In this document: positions 22,888-35,330 of the stretch, in pieces
How positions within the stretch are numbered: position 1 is the first letter of the stretch
Layout: the number at the start of each line of letters is the position of its first letter
DNA from: Octopus bimaculoides
Taxonomy: Eukaryota
DNA length: 43,873 bases
Direction: 5' to 3'
Assembly (NCBI RefSeq): GCF_001194135.2
Contig: NC_068983.1
Span: 9,023,960 to 9,067,832, forward strand
Position numbers and translations under genes: made by a program
Notes under the pieces: model-generated
Database searches by the model: none
Told to the model about the DNA's origin: nothing
What the model saw: only the letters and a program-made list of their open reading frames with translations

Positions 22888-25002
22888 TGTATATGAAAGC
22901 GATCTGTAGACACATTCATATTCATGGCGTCTCATATTGTACTTGGCGAATTTAGCCTCGTTCTATGTAGAGATAGACATGACGGTCGATAACGATCGAA
23001 AATCAAATAATTCTGAAGGTTATCTTTTTACACAATCGATTGGCTTTACAGCACATTTCGGTGCCCAATATATTGCAAGAATTCTGGCTAACTATCCAGT
23101 CGCTGGTTAACATCAGCTTACTCTCAGCATTCCTGAAAGATTTGAAAATAATTATGTACCTGAAACTCAAAACAAGCCCATTAAAATTTACAATAACTTT
23201 TAGTAAATATAAATTTGTAACACAAAGAACACATGAATCAAAGCCTCAGACGTGAATACATATATACGAAAAATAAACGTGGAAATGCTGTAGATGTATG
23301 AGAGTTGGAAATTTATAGTAAATCATTAAATACACAGCTTCTTTTGAAGTTGTATTTTCTCTAAAACTCTTCATCATTGAGATAGTGTTATCATAGCATA
23401 AAGTTTTTCATCTCCTTCCAGAGCGTTGAACTGCTTTAATCTGTAAGGGAAAGAGATATGTACATATATGCAGCCAGTTGCATTTTCTATCTCTCTAGTT
23501 ATCTAGATATATTAATCTATGTGTACATATAAAAAGGTACGTAGAATTATGCAGATAAAATGATACATATGCAGACAGACAGACAGACAGACAGCCAGAT
23601 AGATAGATAGATAGATATTCTTGCCGTCCATCTGTTCCTAAAAGCAAATACCGAATTTTCCTTCTAAATTATATTTGTACATGTATTTCTAAACTTATGC
23701 GTCTAATCTGGTTCTGAATCTGTCCACAATTTTCTTTTCACTTCTCCATCAGTTTTGTTGCTTCTCTTCCTCACTGCACGTTACAGTGTGTAAGGCCTTG
23801 AAGAAAATTGCTTAAGTGGATGCTTTGAGATAGCTTTTTCTAACGCATGTCCGCTTAGTGGCGTAGTTGAAATCTCATTGGATAGTTATACTGGCTTATC
23901 GTCGCTATGTCGCCTATAGTGGTCATACGTACGCATGCACGACCCCAGGCACAACGTTTTTCGATATAGGGAGAAATGTAAGTAGTGCATTTAAATAGAT
24001 AGAGTGCAAAAAATTTTAAATATGCGAAGTAATGTTGTAGGGAGACTTTACAAATAACGTAATGACAATGACATTTACGCACGATATAATTGAAATACAC
24101 TGAAGTTAATTTTTAGGCAGATGTGCCAAAACTGAATTTAAACATACTGGATGAACAAACATTAAAAGTAACTAACTTATTTTTTCAGGGAGAACGTACG
24201 AAAATCGCTACAACAGAGATTTTTAGACATGACTAATTGAAATACACAGAAACCAGTTGTTAATCAGATGTTAGTAAGTGTGTGAGAGAGAAAGAGGGAG
24301 AGAGAGAAAATAGACAGAATAAAAGAGGGGAACTATTACAGAAGCTGCGAGAGAATATGTGTAAGCAAGAGAAACAGAGAATGAAAAAACGAGAGAGAAA
24401 AGGGAGAGAATCGGTTGAGATCTTCAGAAGTTTTTAGAGAAAAACCCGTGTAAATCACCCGTTTTTTTTTTTTGGTTGGTTTCTCGCTTCACGCGGGAGC
24501 TCTGGACAAAATGTTATAGTGAATGAGGATCCTTGCTATATAAGTAATGTGTGTGAAAAGTTTTGTGAAAATCGGTTGAAAATTGTAGAAATACATACGT
24601 ACTACACACACACTTACACATCTTTTATTTATACATATATATATATAGACTACTATATTAATATTGGTTCGTATTACCAGTGTATTCGATCTTCCGTCTC
24701 TCTCATATCTGTTATACTCAACGTACACTGAAGAATTCCTGAGGTAGATAGATCTCGCGGCAATTTTACAATTACCGTGGATTTCGTTAGGTAGCCATAC
24801 GTAACGAACGTACTTTATCGGTGTACTCCTAGGAACATACCCAATACACAAACACACACATATATATATATACATACATATATATATGTATGTACGTATG
24901 CTTGTATGGAAGTATTTGCATGCATATATGTAGACACATCTATACGCACACGCACTCACACACACACACATATATAATCGTATATGTGTGTGTGAGTACG
25001 TG

Positions 25003-25046
<44 letters not shown>

Positions 25047-25398
25047 AGGGTATATATTTTATGGCGAGTAATATGACAAAACACTATATTTAGATATTCT
25101 ATAAACAGACACATTAACGTAGTATATTGAACATTTCTGGGAAATATTTGTGTGGTATATAGCCGCCAATATGTATGTTTATAATGCCATAAATACAACT
25201 ATTTATTTTGTTTCAGTCACTTACATATAAGTTATTATTTCCATCATTATAACGAGAAATAATCATCAAAGATTTAGAACTATTCGCTCTTAAATTAGTC
25301 TACACTACGGTATTGGAGAAGCAGAAATGTCACAGTGCCCAGTTATCCACACGCAAACTAACATTTAAACATAGTAGTACAATCAAGCACATACGTGC

Positions 25399-25431
<33 letters not shown>

Positions 25432-25447
25432 TGTATGTATGTATGTA

Positions 25448-25487
<40 letters not shown>

Positions 25488-25508
25488 ATATATATATATA
25501 TATGTACA

Positions 25509-25556
<48 letters not shown>

Positions 25557-25816
25557 CTTATATAATGATATGTAAATGTAAGATCCAAGGATCCAGTTGT
25601 AGGGCGTTAGTAAGCTTCGAGCAGTCCACAGAAGGTATAAAACAAAAACAACTTTTAAGAACAATAGTAGTTTCTTGGCCTAGAAGGTTGTAGGTTTTAC
25701 CTATACCGAATTTCGAGGAGCTGACAAAAGTTATTTTGAAGTTCACGGTTAGCAACTAAGATTGCTAAGTATGTGAATAAAAATCTAAACTGAGGGAACG
25801 AAGCAAATAAAATGCA

Positions 25817-25890
25817 GGCTACATGTATTTCCTAGTTCGCAGAGACACAATTACTCCACGAGTGGTACTCCACTAACTAATCATCAGGCC
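25817..25890 (-). ncRNA. Hammerhead ribozyme candidate with branched helix II
   Basis: GGC-CTGATGA-TTAGTT-[AGTGG-AGTA-CCACT][CGTGGAG-TAATTGTGT-CTCTGCG]-AACTAG-GAAA-TACAT-GTA/GCC. Confidence 0.6.
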
Positions 25891-26026
25891 GAAGATACTT
25901 TTGTTAAGTGAACGCTACGTTGTTGTCATTGGATACCAAGTTCACTCGCGGCGAATATGATCGCAAACGAGTGCGAAGTACAGAGTGAGAGTACAAAAAG
26001 AAAAGCATATGTACGAAAAAATATAC

Positions 26027-26061
<35 letters not shown>

Positions 26062-26077
26062 CAGTAAGAGAGTAAAT

Positions 26078-26285
26078 TTCCTTCCCGACTCATATAGACG
26101 CGTAGGGTCGTTTCCCGGTTTCCGTGGTGTGTATGTTCCCCAGTTGGAGTGAGACACCGGTCCGTCGCAGGATTACTCATTTTCGCCAGCTCAGTGGCCT
26201 GGGGCAACGTAAAATGAAGTGTTTTGTTTTAGGACACATCACATCATCCAGTGCAGAAATAGAAACCACAATCTTACGATCATGA
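26078..26285 (-). mobile_element. tRNA-derived SINE family C
   Basis: Reverse complement tcatgatcgtaagattgtggtttc...cacttcattttacgttgccccagg aligns with the 8.6 kb and 32.2 kb copies. Confidence 0.7.
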
Positions 26286-26432
26286 ATATCATGAATCCAA
26301 CTCCAAAAACACATTCGCACGCCCCCCCCCCCCACACCTCCATACACATGCACGCACACACACACACACAGGCACGCACANNNNNNNNNNACACAGGCAC
26401 ACACACACACACAGGCACGCACACACACACAG

Positions 26433-26467
<35 letters not shown>

Positions 26468-27368
26468 GCTTTATCCGGATTCCATTTCTTGCCACTTCCT
26501 ACCCTGCAGCCTTGATTCCCGGTAATAATTTTGGAATGTAAGATCAAATCATTTGAGTGCTACAAAGTGTATTGAGAATATCTGGGTCCCGTCCGTTAAC
26601 TCTCACTGAGGATTGAATTTGTACATCTTGAATATTAGTTACGATTGGTTCGGTGTCACTCCTATTTAACGTCGCCTTTGCTCGTAAATGAATACATGTA
26701 AAAAAAAAAAATTACGTGATACTTATACACAAATGCACGCCCACACATACTCACTCATTCATACACACACACAAACATATATATGCATGTGTATATATAT
26801 ATATATATATATATATTTACCAATACTATTTTTAATTAATATTTTAGTTAAACCTCGTTAGTACTTTGCATACAGAAAACGTTTAAAAAACCGGCATTTA
26901 GCGTATGACAATATAACTACCTTAAGTTTATATTGCCTCCACCTCTCTCTTTTTCTCTCTTTTATCTTTTTGTCTTTCGCTCTCCCCCTCTGTATCTTAC
27001 GATTATATGTGACTAAATGAGAAACCAGAAATGAAAAAGAAAAATCCGTTGCGTTGTTCCAAAGTCTAGTGGGGTACTTTGGATATAGAGAATTTGTTTA
27101 AAAGAACACGTGGAAAAATCTCGAAAATCAAATATGAATGAATTACATGTTATTGAGAATATGGCATGTAACAATGCATTTTCAAGTATTTCAGTTATAA
27201 AATTAGGATAAATCGTTGATATTTGTATGTGTACAAAATTCACCGTTCCTTCTAAAACCTCCTTAAACTGCATTAATACTTTTCAATGAACCAGTGGCAA
27301 TTAAAATTTAATTATGTTCAGTTTTAATACATAAATCGCTGTAGGTGTTCTGAAATAATACTTTTGTA

Positions 27369-27450
27369 TATTCATCTCTGGTGATTAGCTGATAGAGAAT
27401 ATCACTGATGTATTCATCTCCGCTAATTAGCCGATAGAGAATATCACTGA
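27369..27450. repeat. Two-copy tandem duplication of about 42 bp
   Basis: tattcatctc..attagc.gatagagaatatcactga occurs twice in tandem. Confidence 0.8.
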
Positions 27451-27699
27451 GAGAATATGCACCATTTTACTATTGAATAAAATATCCTTGTCCTTTAAAA
27501 GAGACTATCACCTATTACACTGCAAGTAATTTTTAAAATATTTTATTTCCTTATAACATCGTCTGATTAAGGTTGCTTGGCAATAGATTGGGAAAGGCGT
27601 GAATCACATGTAACATTTACGTGGTTTCAGAGACAAGTCTGGTAACATGGCTTATATTTTGTTTGAGAAATTGTCATCATGGAGAGGGAAGCAATTTCA

Positions 27700-28100
27700 G
27701 ACTCATGAAGTTCTGCATAGGAATTGGGAAAATACATTTTTCCTGATCTCCAAATGATACATTGTTTAAGTGACGGGAGATTTAGACACGAGTGCTATGT
27801 GTTAACTTCGTAGGAGTTGGTATGGAGTTAAGGATTACCAGAGACAGAACACTACAGTAATATATTGATGGAGTATTGAAGATAGCACCTTTGTGCACCA
27901 GATATACGAACCTCGAAAGGTGGTCTTCAACAATTGGTTGAATATGAATTTTACTTGCTGTGTAGGATGGTTTTGTGTATATATGCAACCTTGTCATTCA
28001 AGGACATTTTTAAAAAACTCTCACACAGACGATGTCGTAAATCAAGGCTGTCTGGGGTATTGGCAGAAAACCGTTAGTCTTTGGAAGTGGTATATGAGTA
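27700..28100 (+). mobile_element. Possible RTE-type LINE 3' coding remnant
   Basis: The FKDIFKK...GVLAENR*SL segment near 28000-28085 resembles the RTE C-terminal R(F/Y)KD..K...W..LA..R..W pattern; heavily decayed. Confidence 0.3.
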
Positions 28101-28206
28101 ATTGCTAAGATTCCGCATCAAACCGCTGTCGCTGCTTTGACAACTATGATCCTATCAAAGTAAATTAAATACCCACCAATGTGGTGTTGATTTCTCACTT
28201 TCTTCT

Positions 28207-28449
28207 CACCTTTCTAATTTCTTTACTGCCCACAAGGGGCTACACACAGAGGGGAGACAAACAAGGACAGACAAACGGATTAAGTCGATTATAACAACCC
28301 CAGTGCGTAACTGGTGCTTATTTAATTGACCCCGAAAGGATGAAAGGCAAAGTCGACCTCGGTGGAATTTGAACTCAGAACGTAGCGGCAGACGAAATAC
28401 CGCTAAGCATTTCGCCCGGCTTGCTAACGTTTCAACCAGCTCGCCGCCT
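28207..28449 (-). mobile_element. tRNA-derived SINE family B, near full length
   Basis: Head ggcggcgagctgg...gagttcaaattccaccgagg; aligns to 9520-9690. Confidence 0.85.
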
Positions 28450-28689
28450 ATCCGAAATAATATACATTTCATCTAAATACCTCAGATGCTGCTGTAAGAT
28501 GTTTGCTAACAAAAAACAAAAACAAAAGACATAAAAAAAAACGTGGATATCGCATCATAATGTTTGCTAACAAAAAAAAAAAAAGATGAAACTTTGAATA
28601 TATTACCACATGTTTGCTCTTAATGAATATCTGATATATATGTTCTTTGTAAGATACAGAATTGGATTATATATTTTCTGCTCGATACA

Positions 28690-29810
28690 AATAACATTTT
28701 TTTACACAGTTGCATGACTTCTTAAAAGAAAGAATCCATGCTGTAGCAGCCAACGGAGCCCTCATCAAAGGGACAGTAATAGAAAGTGAAGTGCCTCGGG
28801 GAACTGCATTAGGGCCGTTGTTGTTCATGGTGGCTATTTCACATGTGCCATCAATTACACAGACAGTCACGCTTTATAGCTATGCCAACGACGCAAAAAT
28901 AATAAAAGTCAAAGAACCTTCTAATCCTAATCTTCTACAGATGCCATGTATAAACATGCTGAGGAAAACAATATGCAATTTGATTCAACCTGCCGCTACC
29001 AGCTCAGAAGTCACAGAAACGAAACTTTGGACCAAAAGGAGCGCCAATCCCAGGATCACATTCAGTGCCTGATCTTGGACTTGATATGAGCAATGATGCG
29101 TCGTTTCACATGCATATCACCAAGAACGTGGCAGTGTGCAGGCCAATGGCCGGGTGGATTCTGAGAACCTTGAGACCATGGGACCAGGAAACTATGCAGA
29201 TCCTTTAGAGGACATTGGTCCTCAGCCGTCTGGACTACAGCCCTTAACTGTAGACACCTTACAGTGTCGGATTGATAGCGGAATTTGAGGCAGTTCAGCG
29301 ATGCTACACAAGGAAGACTGCATCAATGGAACAACCAAACTACTGGGAGAGACTGAAACAGCTACGACTCTACTCCCTGAAGCGGAAACGGGAGAGGTTT
29401 GCAGTGATATATGTGCGGAAGATACTGGAGGAGCTGGCACCAAACTTTGGAATTGAGTGTTACACCAAACCTCAAACTGGACGTCACTGCATTGTTCCAA
29501 AAGTCCCAGCTGTCCCATTTAAGGTGAGGGCCATGTACTGCAATAGATTGGGACTCAAGGACTTGCAGCAATTGCCAAAACATCTGAGGGATCTCCATGG
29601 AGTGGGGGTAGATGTTTTCAAGAAACAACTTGACCTCTTACTGTCCAAAATCCCAGATGAACCAATATCAAGGCAGAAAACTCAAAAGTGGGAAGAAGTG
29701 TCGAACTCCCACCTTGACCAAAAGCCAATCACATTGAATTGGCCAATTAAAAGGTGATTACACTGGCGATGCCCCAGGACGGTGAGAGCCTTCGGGCTGG
29801 AACACATAAC
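28690..29810 (+). mobile_element. 5'-truncated CR1/L2-group LINE (RT C-terminal half plus 3' end), decayed
   Basis: SEVPRGTALGPLLF (SGVPQGSVLGPLLF-like), YANDAKI (YADD-like), EAVQRCYTR, YWERLKQLRLYSLKRKRER, FKKQLD. Confidence 0.9.
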
Positions 29811-31503
29811 GGAATTGCTTTCACGTAGACCATGACACATATTAGCAGTTAAGAAGGTGAGCCAGTCTTCTGTTTTTCTAATCTCGTTATGAAAATCAAC
29901 AGGTTTGGGAGTATTTATTGTATCGAAATTATATAACTGCTGTAAGATAACGTTTTCCATTAACATTTACCTTCTATTTTCGGCTCATCCACGTAAGTCA
30001 TCTTCATTCCTTAACCTAAATAGCTGCTGAGCCTACAACACATCGCCGAAATTCTGCCTTTTTGAGGAAAGTATATTAGCAGTGCATTGTGCAAACATTA
30101 ATTCCAATGGTTAAAGAGTGGACACCACTAAAGACATGCAAAAGAAGGTAGTGTGTATTATACTGTGTATAGATTCTGTTACTCTTGCAAGAACTGGAAT
30201 AGTTATTTCGACAGACTGCACACAGCTTTTGTAAAGTAAATTTCACGAAGAAACTCTCTAACAGATCTGATGATATATTCGTAATAGTACGGAGCACCGA
30301 ACAGCATTGTTGTTCTGAACAACATAGCAATTCTAACCATACCAAGAATGAAATAAATCGAAGACTTAAATATATATAATGATTGAGAATAGATAATTGG
30401 AATATATTTAGGTCGTCAATAGAATAGTCTAACGTTCCAATCGAGATTTCAAAGATTTTGCCCAACAAATTAACTGAAAAATTTACATTCTTAATTTAAC
30501 GACTGAGGAGTAATTGTTGAAAAAGTGCTTATGTTACTGACACAATTTATAAATTAATGCTTGAAGACTAGTTCTTTAAAAATCCTTAGTTTACAGACAC
30601 ACATCAACAGAATGATATAAAGACCTGATCTATATTTCAAGGACTTCTACAATCTATTTTTATATTATATTAATTTTTCAACCGTCGACTAAAATATACT
30701 GTTATCACAATACTAAAAGCAAACATCTAAATATTTCAATATTTCTAAGATATATAATCATATATATACACCGAATTATGCATATATGAAGTCCAAATCC
30801 TAATACAAACCCAAATGGTACTATATCTGCCCTCCGTTGAATATTTTGAATATTCAGCACGTAATAAATTACGTCGTAATTCTTTTTCCTCTCCACTAGA
30901 GTTGTTTGTTGACTATCGTTCCATAAAACAAGACAACAAAGCGATAAGAACAACATCAAACAGTATTTGCACTGCGATGAAGTTTATTTACAATATTTGG
31001 CAACATATCCAAATACATATTAGTTTATACAACGAACAATGTGTACCGAACGTACACAGTGAATATTTAGCAATAGATATATGTTCTCTGAAAAACGTGC
31101 TGCATATGGCACGCTATAAGCGGGTAACAAAAACAGCATAAAAGAAATACCAGATAGTAGAATTAAATGTGATTACCACGAAGCTCAACAGTAGAAAGAT
31201 ATAACTGAGATCCGTATGCACAAAAAAAGGATTAGTAAAGCTTTGTATTACTGTATATAGTTTCCGTTACAACCACTGTTTTTCAAGGGGTTTACAAGAG
31301 TGATTAATTGAAAATGTGAGTGTATATTTCGTAAAATTTTAATCTAAATTAAAGTGAAATTGTATTGGCAAATATAGATTTGAGACCGTGTTTAGCATTC
31401 TGTAATGGTTGTTAACACCTTTCGTACTTATCTTTTCTATGTATAGTTTTCTTTTATTTTTTCACTCTCCCAAATTCTCCTTCTCTACCACTCCCTCTCT
31501 TTT

Positions 31504-31541
<38 letters not shown>

Positions 31542-31548
31542 CACAAAC

Positions 31549-31588
<40 letters not shown>

Positions 31589-32137
31589 CATATAAATATA
31601 TTTATATTATATGGCTGCTAATATATTCCTATTTTAGGCCAGTACACAATAAAGAACCACTGGCTTGGTTTAAATAAATTATTGTGCACTACATTGCTAT
31701 TTAGTACTCCTTCATTTTATGTATATGCGTGTCTCTGCGTACGGTGCGTGTGTGTGGCGAGGAGGTAAACTGGGGAGAAAATATTGACGACGTGCTTACG
31801 CGTTGCATCACTAGAATTGTGTTGACTGCCCCACCACCCATTTATATTAATGTTTCACTGTGCATGTATATGTATGTATTATTATTCTATGTAGAGTCAC
31901 ACCTGGGTGAGAGGGTATTTCACTGATGAGTAACGAACAGCAATGAGAAGAATTTGACAAACAGCTGATTGATATTTATAACCAACAAATTAGACAAACG
32001 ATCCACTAGTGAGTTTTGTTTAGTTAATTAACAAAATTACTAACAATAAGGAGTAAACTGAATCAGTTTTTGGGATTATTGTTTGAACACAAGAGTTCAC
32101 AACAAGAACATTGCTAATAAAATACAAAATATGTTCG

Positions 32138-32287
32138 TCAGGCTGACATTCTTCATGTAGCAAGTTCGATTCCCTGGCCGAGCTGTGTGTTATATATAGT
32201 GTCTTGAGCAAGACACTTTATTTCACGTTGCTCCAGTTCACTCAGCTGTAAAAAGGAGTTGCGACGTCTTTGGTGCGAAGCTGTATA
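32138..32287 (+). mobile_element. tRNA-derived SINE family C, partial
   Basis: gttcgattcc B-box; ttgagcaagacactttatttcacgttgctccag is shared with the 26.2 kb copy. Confidence 0.7.
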
Positions 32288-32789
32288 GGATCCAGGACTT
32301 TCAAGAAAGTGGGAAAAATAGTAAAGGATGGGGAAAGGGAAAATAGGTAAATAGAGAGAGAGTCAGACAGATAGAGAGGTCACTTTCTATCCAATTTGAT
32401 ATGTTCAATTCATTGAAATTTCGTTACAAAGCATTTTTCTTTTTTCTGCTCTCTTTCTTTTTTTCTTCCCATTGTTTAGCTATGAACTTATTTGTACATA
32501 GACACACTTTCTCACAGGCGCTGATGTCCTTTCAAAAATGTTAATTTTAGGAAGTAAGATGGAAAAAAATAAGAAAAAGAGTGGAAGGTCCGGTCAGCAA
32601 TAAAAAAATTTTTAAATGAGTTCGAAGTCCTATCAAAATGTATATTCGCTTTCATTTGTATAGTCAAGTCCCATATTCTGTGTAATCCCATGTTTTGCAT
32701 CAACAAACATTAAATATTTGTACAATATTCATAAATTAGGAAAATAAATTCAGTGTGTAAAAAGTAACTTGGTCCTGGTTATAATTGAA

Positions 32790-33265
32790 TCAATACTCTA
32801 TGTATATTTAGTCAAACATCATAAATGAGTTTTGTACGTATATTGTGTCTTTAGCTGGAAGCCACTCTGTAAGATATAAATTATATAATAAAACAGGGCC
32901 AGCTTTAATATATTTTGTTGAGTATCTTTCATCCTTCTGTAGGTTTTATTTTTATTCTTATTATTTGTTTGTATAAGATAATATACAAGAGATCTTTCCC
33001 ACGAATGCCTTTACCAAGTAGCTACATCTGATATCTTTCCAAATCAGTGATAATATGGTTCTAGTATTCTTTCCCGGGTATATATAAATTCTATATGAAC
33101 AACCATTGTCAAAATCCCAACGTTATGTATATCTGATCATTTATACAGATGAGTATCGCGTTATAAACATTGGAGCCACATTCAGAGAAAAGAGTAACAG
33201 TGTGATATAAATGTTTTTTCTTCATTCATCATTATTACTTTTAAAGCTTCTCTTTCAAACAATTA
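32790..33265 (-). repeat. Interspersed repeat copy, inverted partner of 33918-34420
   Basis: Shared collinear blocks gtttgaaagagaagc, ctgaatgtggctccaa, gaaagaatactagaa, ggccctg.tttattata. Confidence 0.8.
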
Positions 33266-33269
33266 ATGT

Positions 33270-33680
33270 GTATTTTTAAGTGAATATCCATGAATGATAA
33301 TTCATTTCAACTGAATTATGTCGTGCATTTCCTGGATGGGTGAAGTGTCTTGAGTATATTATCAAATATTTGTAGGTTCTCATTTGATTTGTCCCAAAGT
33401 ATGAAGCAGTCATCGACGAAGCGTTTCCACGTTTTAATGACGTATTTCTTGCAATCCTGATTAAAATCCTTCTCTACCTCTTCATAAAGCTTTTCTTCCA
33501 AGTATTCCACGACGGGATTAACATATGAATGTGCTAACTGCGTCCCCATAGCCGTGCAATTTATTTGTCGATTTGTTTCATTATCGAATCTAAAAGTGTT
33601 CTCTTCTAGTGTCAGGCGCGTGGCCTTAGTGATGAAGTCAGTCTTGAAGCGGTCACATACTGAATTAATTGCCCCAACTG
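33270..33680 (-). mobile_element. Penelope-like element RT fragment
   Basis: FRFDNETNRQINCTAMGTQLAHSYVN...YLEEKLY...WKRFVDDCFILW...LHP, then ELSFMDI (LPFLD-like), typical of PLE RT motifs. Confidence 0.9.
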
Positions 33681-33917
33681 CTTGGAAAATTACATTGGCG
33701 AAACAAACCAGTCCTTCTGGCAACGTGCAAGAATCCAGACGACAAATCCGAGAAGAGGAATTGCCCAAGGTTCCACTGAGCAAGCATCTAGAAATATACG
33801 GTGAAGGAAGGTTCAAAATATTTCCCTTTTACAAACGTTCAAGAGATGACCCGAAAATCAGAAAAGCAATGAAGCTACATTCCATCAAAAAATTCTTTCC
33901 AAACTTAACCAAATTGA

Positions 33918-34089
33918 AGTGTTTGAAAGAGAAGCAGAGGAAGTATATTATTATTATTGTTTTAAAAGTAATGATTATGGATGAAAGGAAAACATTTATA
34001 TTGCGCTATCACTGTTGTTTCTGAATGTGGCTCCAACGTGAACAACGTGATAATCTTCTCTATAAAAGATCATATATATATATATATAA

Positions 34090-34123
<34 letters not shown>

Positions 34124-34420
34124 CATTGGGATTTTGACAATGGTTCTTCTTATAAAACTTAGATATATCCGAGAAAGAATACTAGAAACATTTTACGACT
34201 GATTAGGAAAGATATCTAATGATGCTACTTGGCAAAGTAATTCGTGAAGTAAATCACTATTAGATTATCGTACCCAAGCAAGAAAAATAAAAATAAATCC
34301 TACAAAAGCAGGAAGATACTCAAAAATATGTACGTAAATAGGCCCTGGTTTATTATATTATTTATATCCTACAGAGCGGCTTCCGGCTAAATATACAATA
34401 TACATACGAACCTCATATGA
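33918..34420 (+). repeat. Interspersed repeat copy, inverted partner of 32790-33265
   Basis: See partner; carries a (TA)n insertion at about 34070-34120. Confidence 0.8.
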
Positions 34421-34589
34421 TATTTGAGTAAATGGACACAGAACAGAGGTCCACAACCCTTACACAGTGGTTCCCAACAGTTGTTCCCTACACTTTTATA
34501 CTTAAAACTCCCAGATCTACACAGAATAATAACTATACCACATAATATATATATGTATATATATGCACGTGCGCGCGCGTGTGTGTGAT

Positions 34590-35330
34590 GGATGTCCACA
34601 CAAGTCCGCATTTATTGGTGAATAAGCATCTCCAATTAAGTACGTTGTCTGCAAGTTTTCAAACAGCTTGCTTGAATTTTACTTGACCAATGCGAGTTTC
34701 TTGAAACATGTACCCCATTTTCATTACTGCTCTTTGAACTAATTTAAATGATTTCACTTATGAGGTTGGAACATTTGAACAGTCTTGTCTAAAGTTGAGT
34801 CCAAATGCCTTGAAAGATGGAGAAATATGTTCCATGAAGAATTGCATATCTTGAGCTGCATAAGCAACAAACTCAAAATCATCGGAATAAAGAAGTTAAC
34901 GAATAAGAGACTGAAAAACTGTCGAACAAATAATAAATAGACGTATGATACAAAGGAATTTCGCTCGGAGAAGAGCAATCCACAGCGAAAAAGAAAATGT
35001 GTAAGGTTAGCAGCAAAGGAAAGAAGTTGGAGTATGGATGACATTTAGCCTGACATGCATCTACAGAAATGCGCGCGCCATATCACCTCCGTTTGTAACT
35101 CACACAACCATCCCATCATGAAATGATGTTATTATCAATACAAATAGACCCGAACAACCGAACCTACCGAATATTTTATACATGGCTGTCCTATACACAA
35201 TATCAAAGTCTTTGATTATATCTCTGAAAACCTGTACAAGATGCATATTTTTCTCATAGCACTTTTTCTTCATTTGCCATATAGTGAAAATCCTATCCAT
35301 AGTTCGGCTACTAAAACGGAAGTCCCGTTC
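34590..35330 (-). mobile_element. RTE (BovB-like) LINE RT fragment, decayed
   Basis: FRFSSRTMDRIFTIWQMKKKCYEKN...VFRDIIKDFDIVYR...KIFGRFGC...FHDGM, and in another frame LYSDDFEFVA...DMQ...FKAFGL. Confidence 0.9.

Noticed and set aside
22977-23002. TGAC-GGTCG-ATAA-CGATC-GAAA hairpin resembling an HHR half
   Set aside because: Lacks C3 and G8-A9 and has no helix III or stem I partner.
4036-26547. Many ORFs rich in X, YI, HT or CV
   Set aside because: They span N gaps or (TA)n/(CA)n microsatellites.
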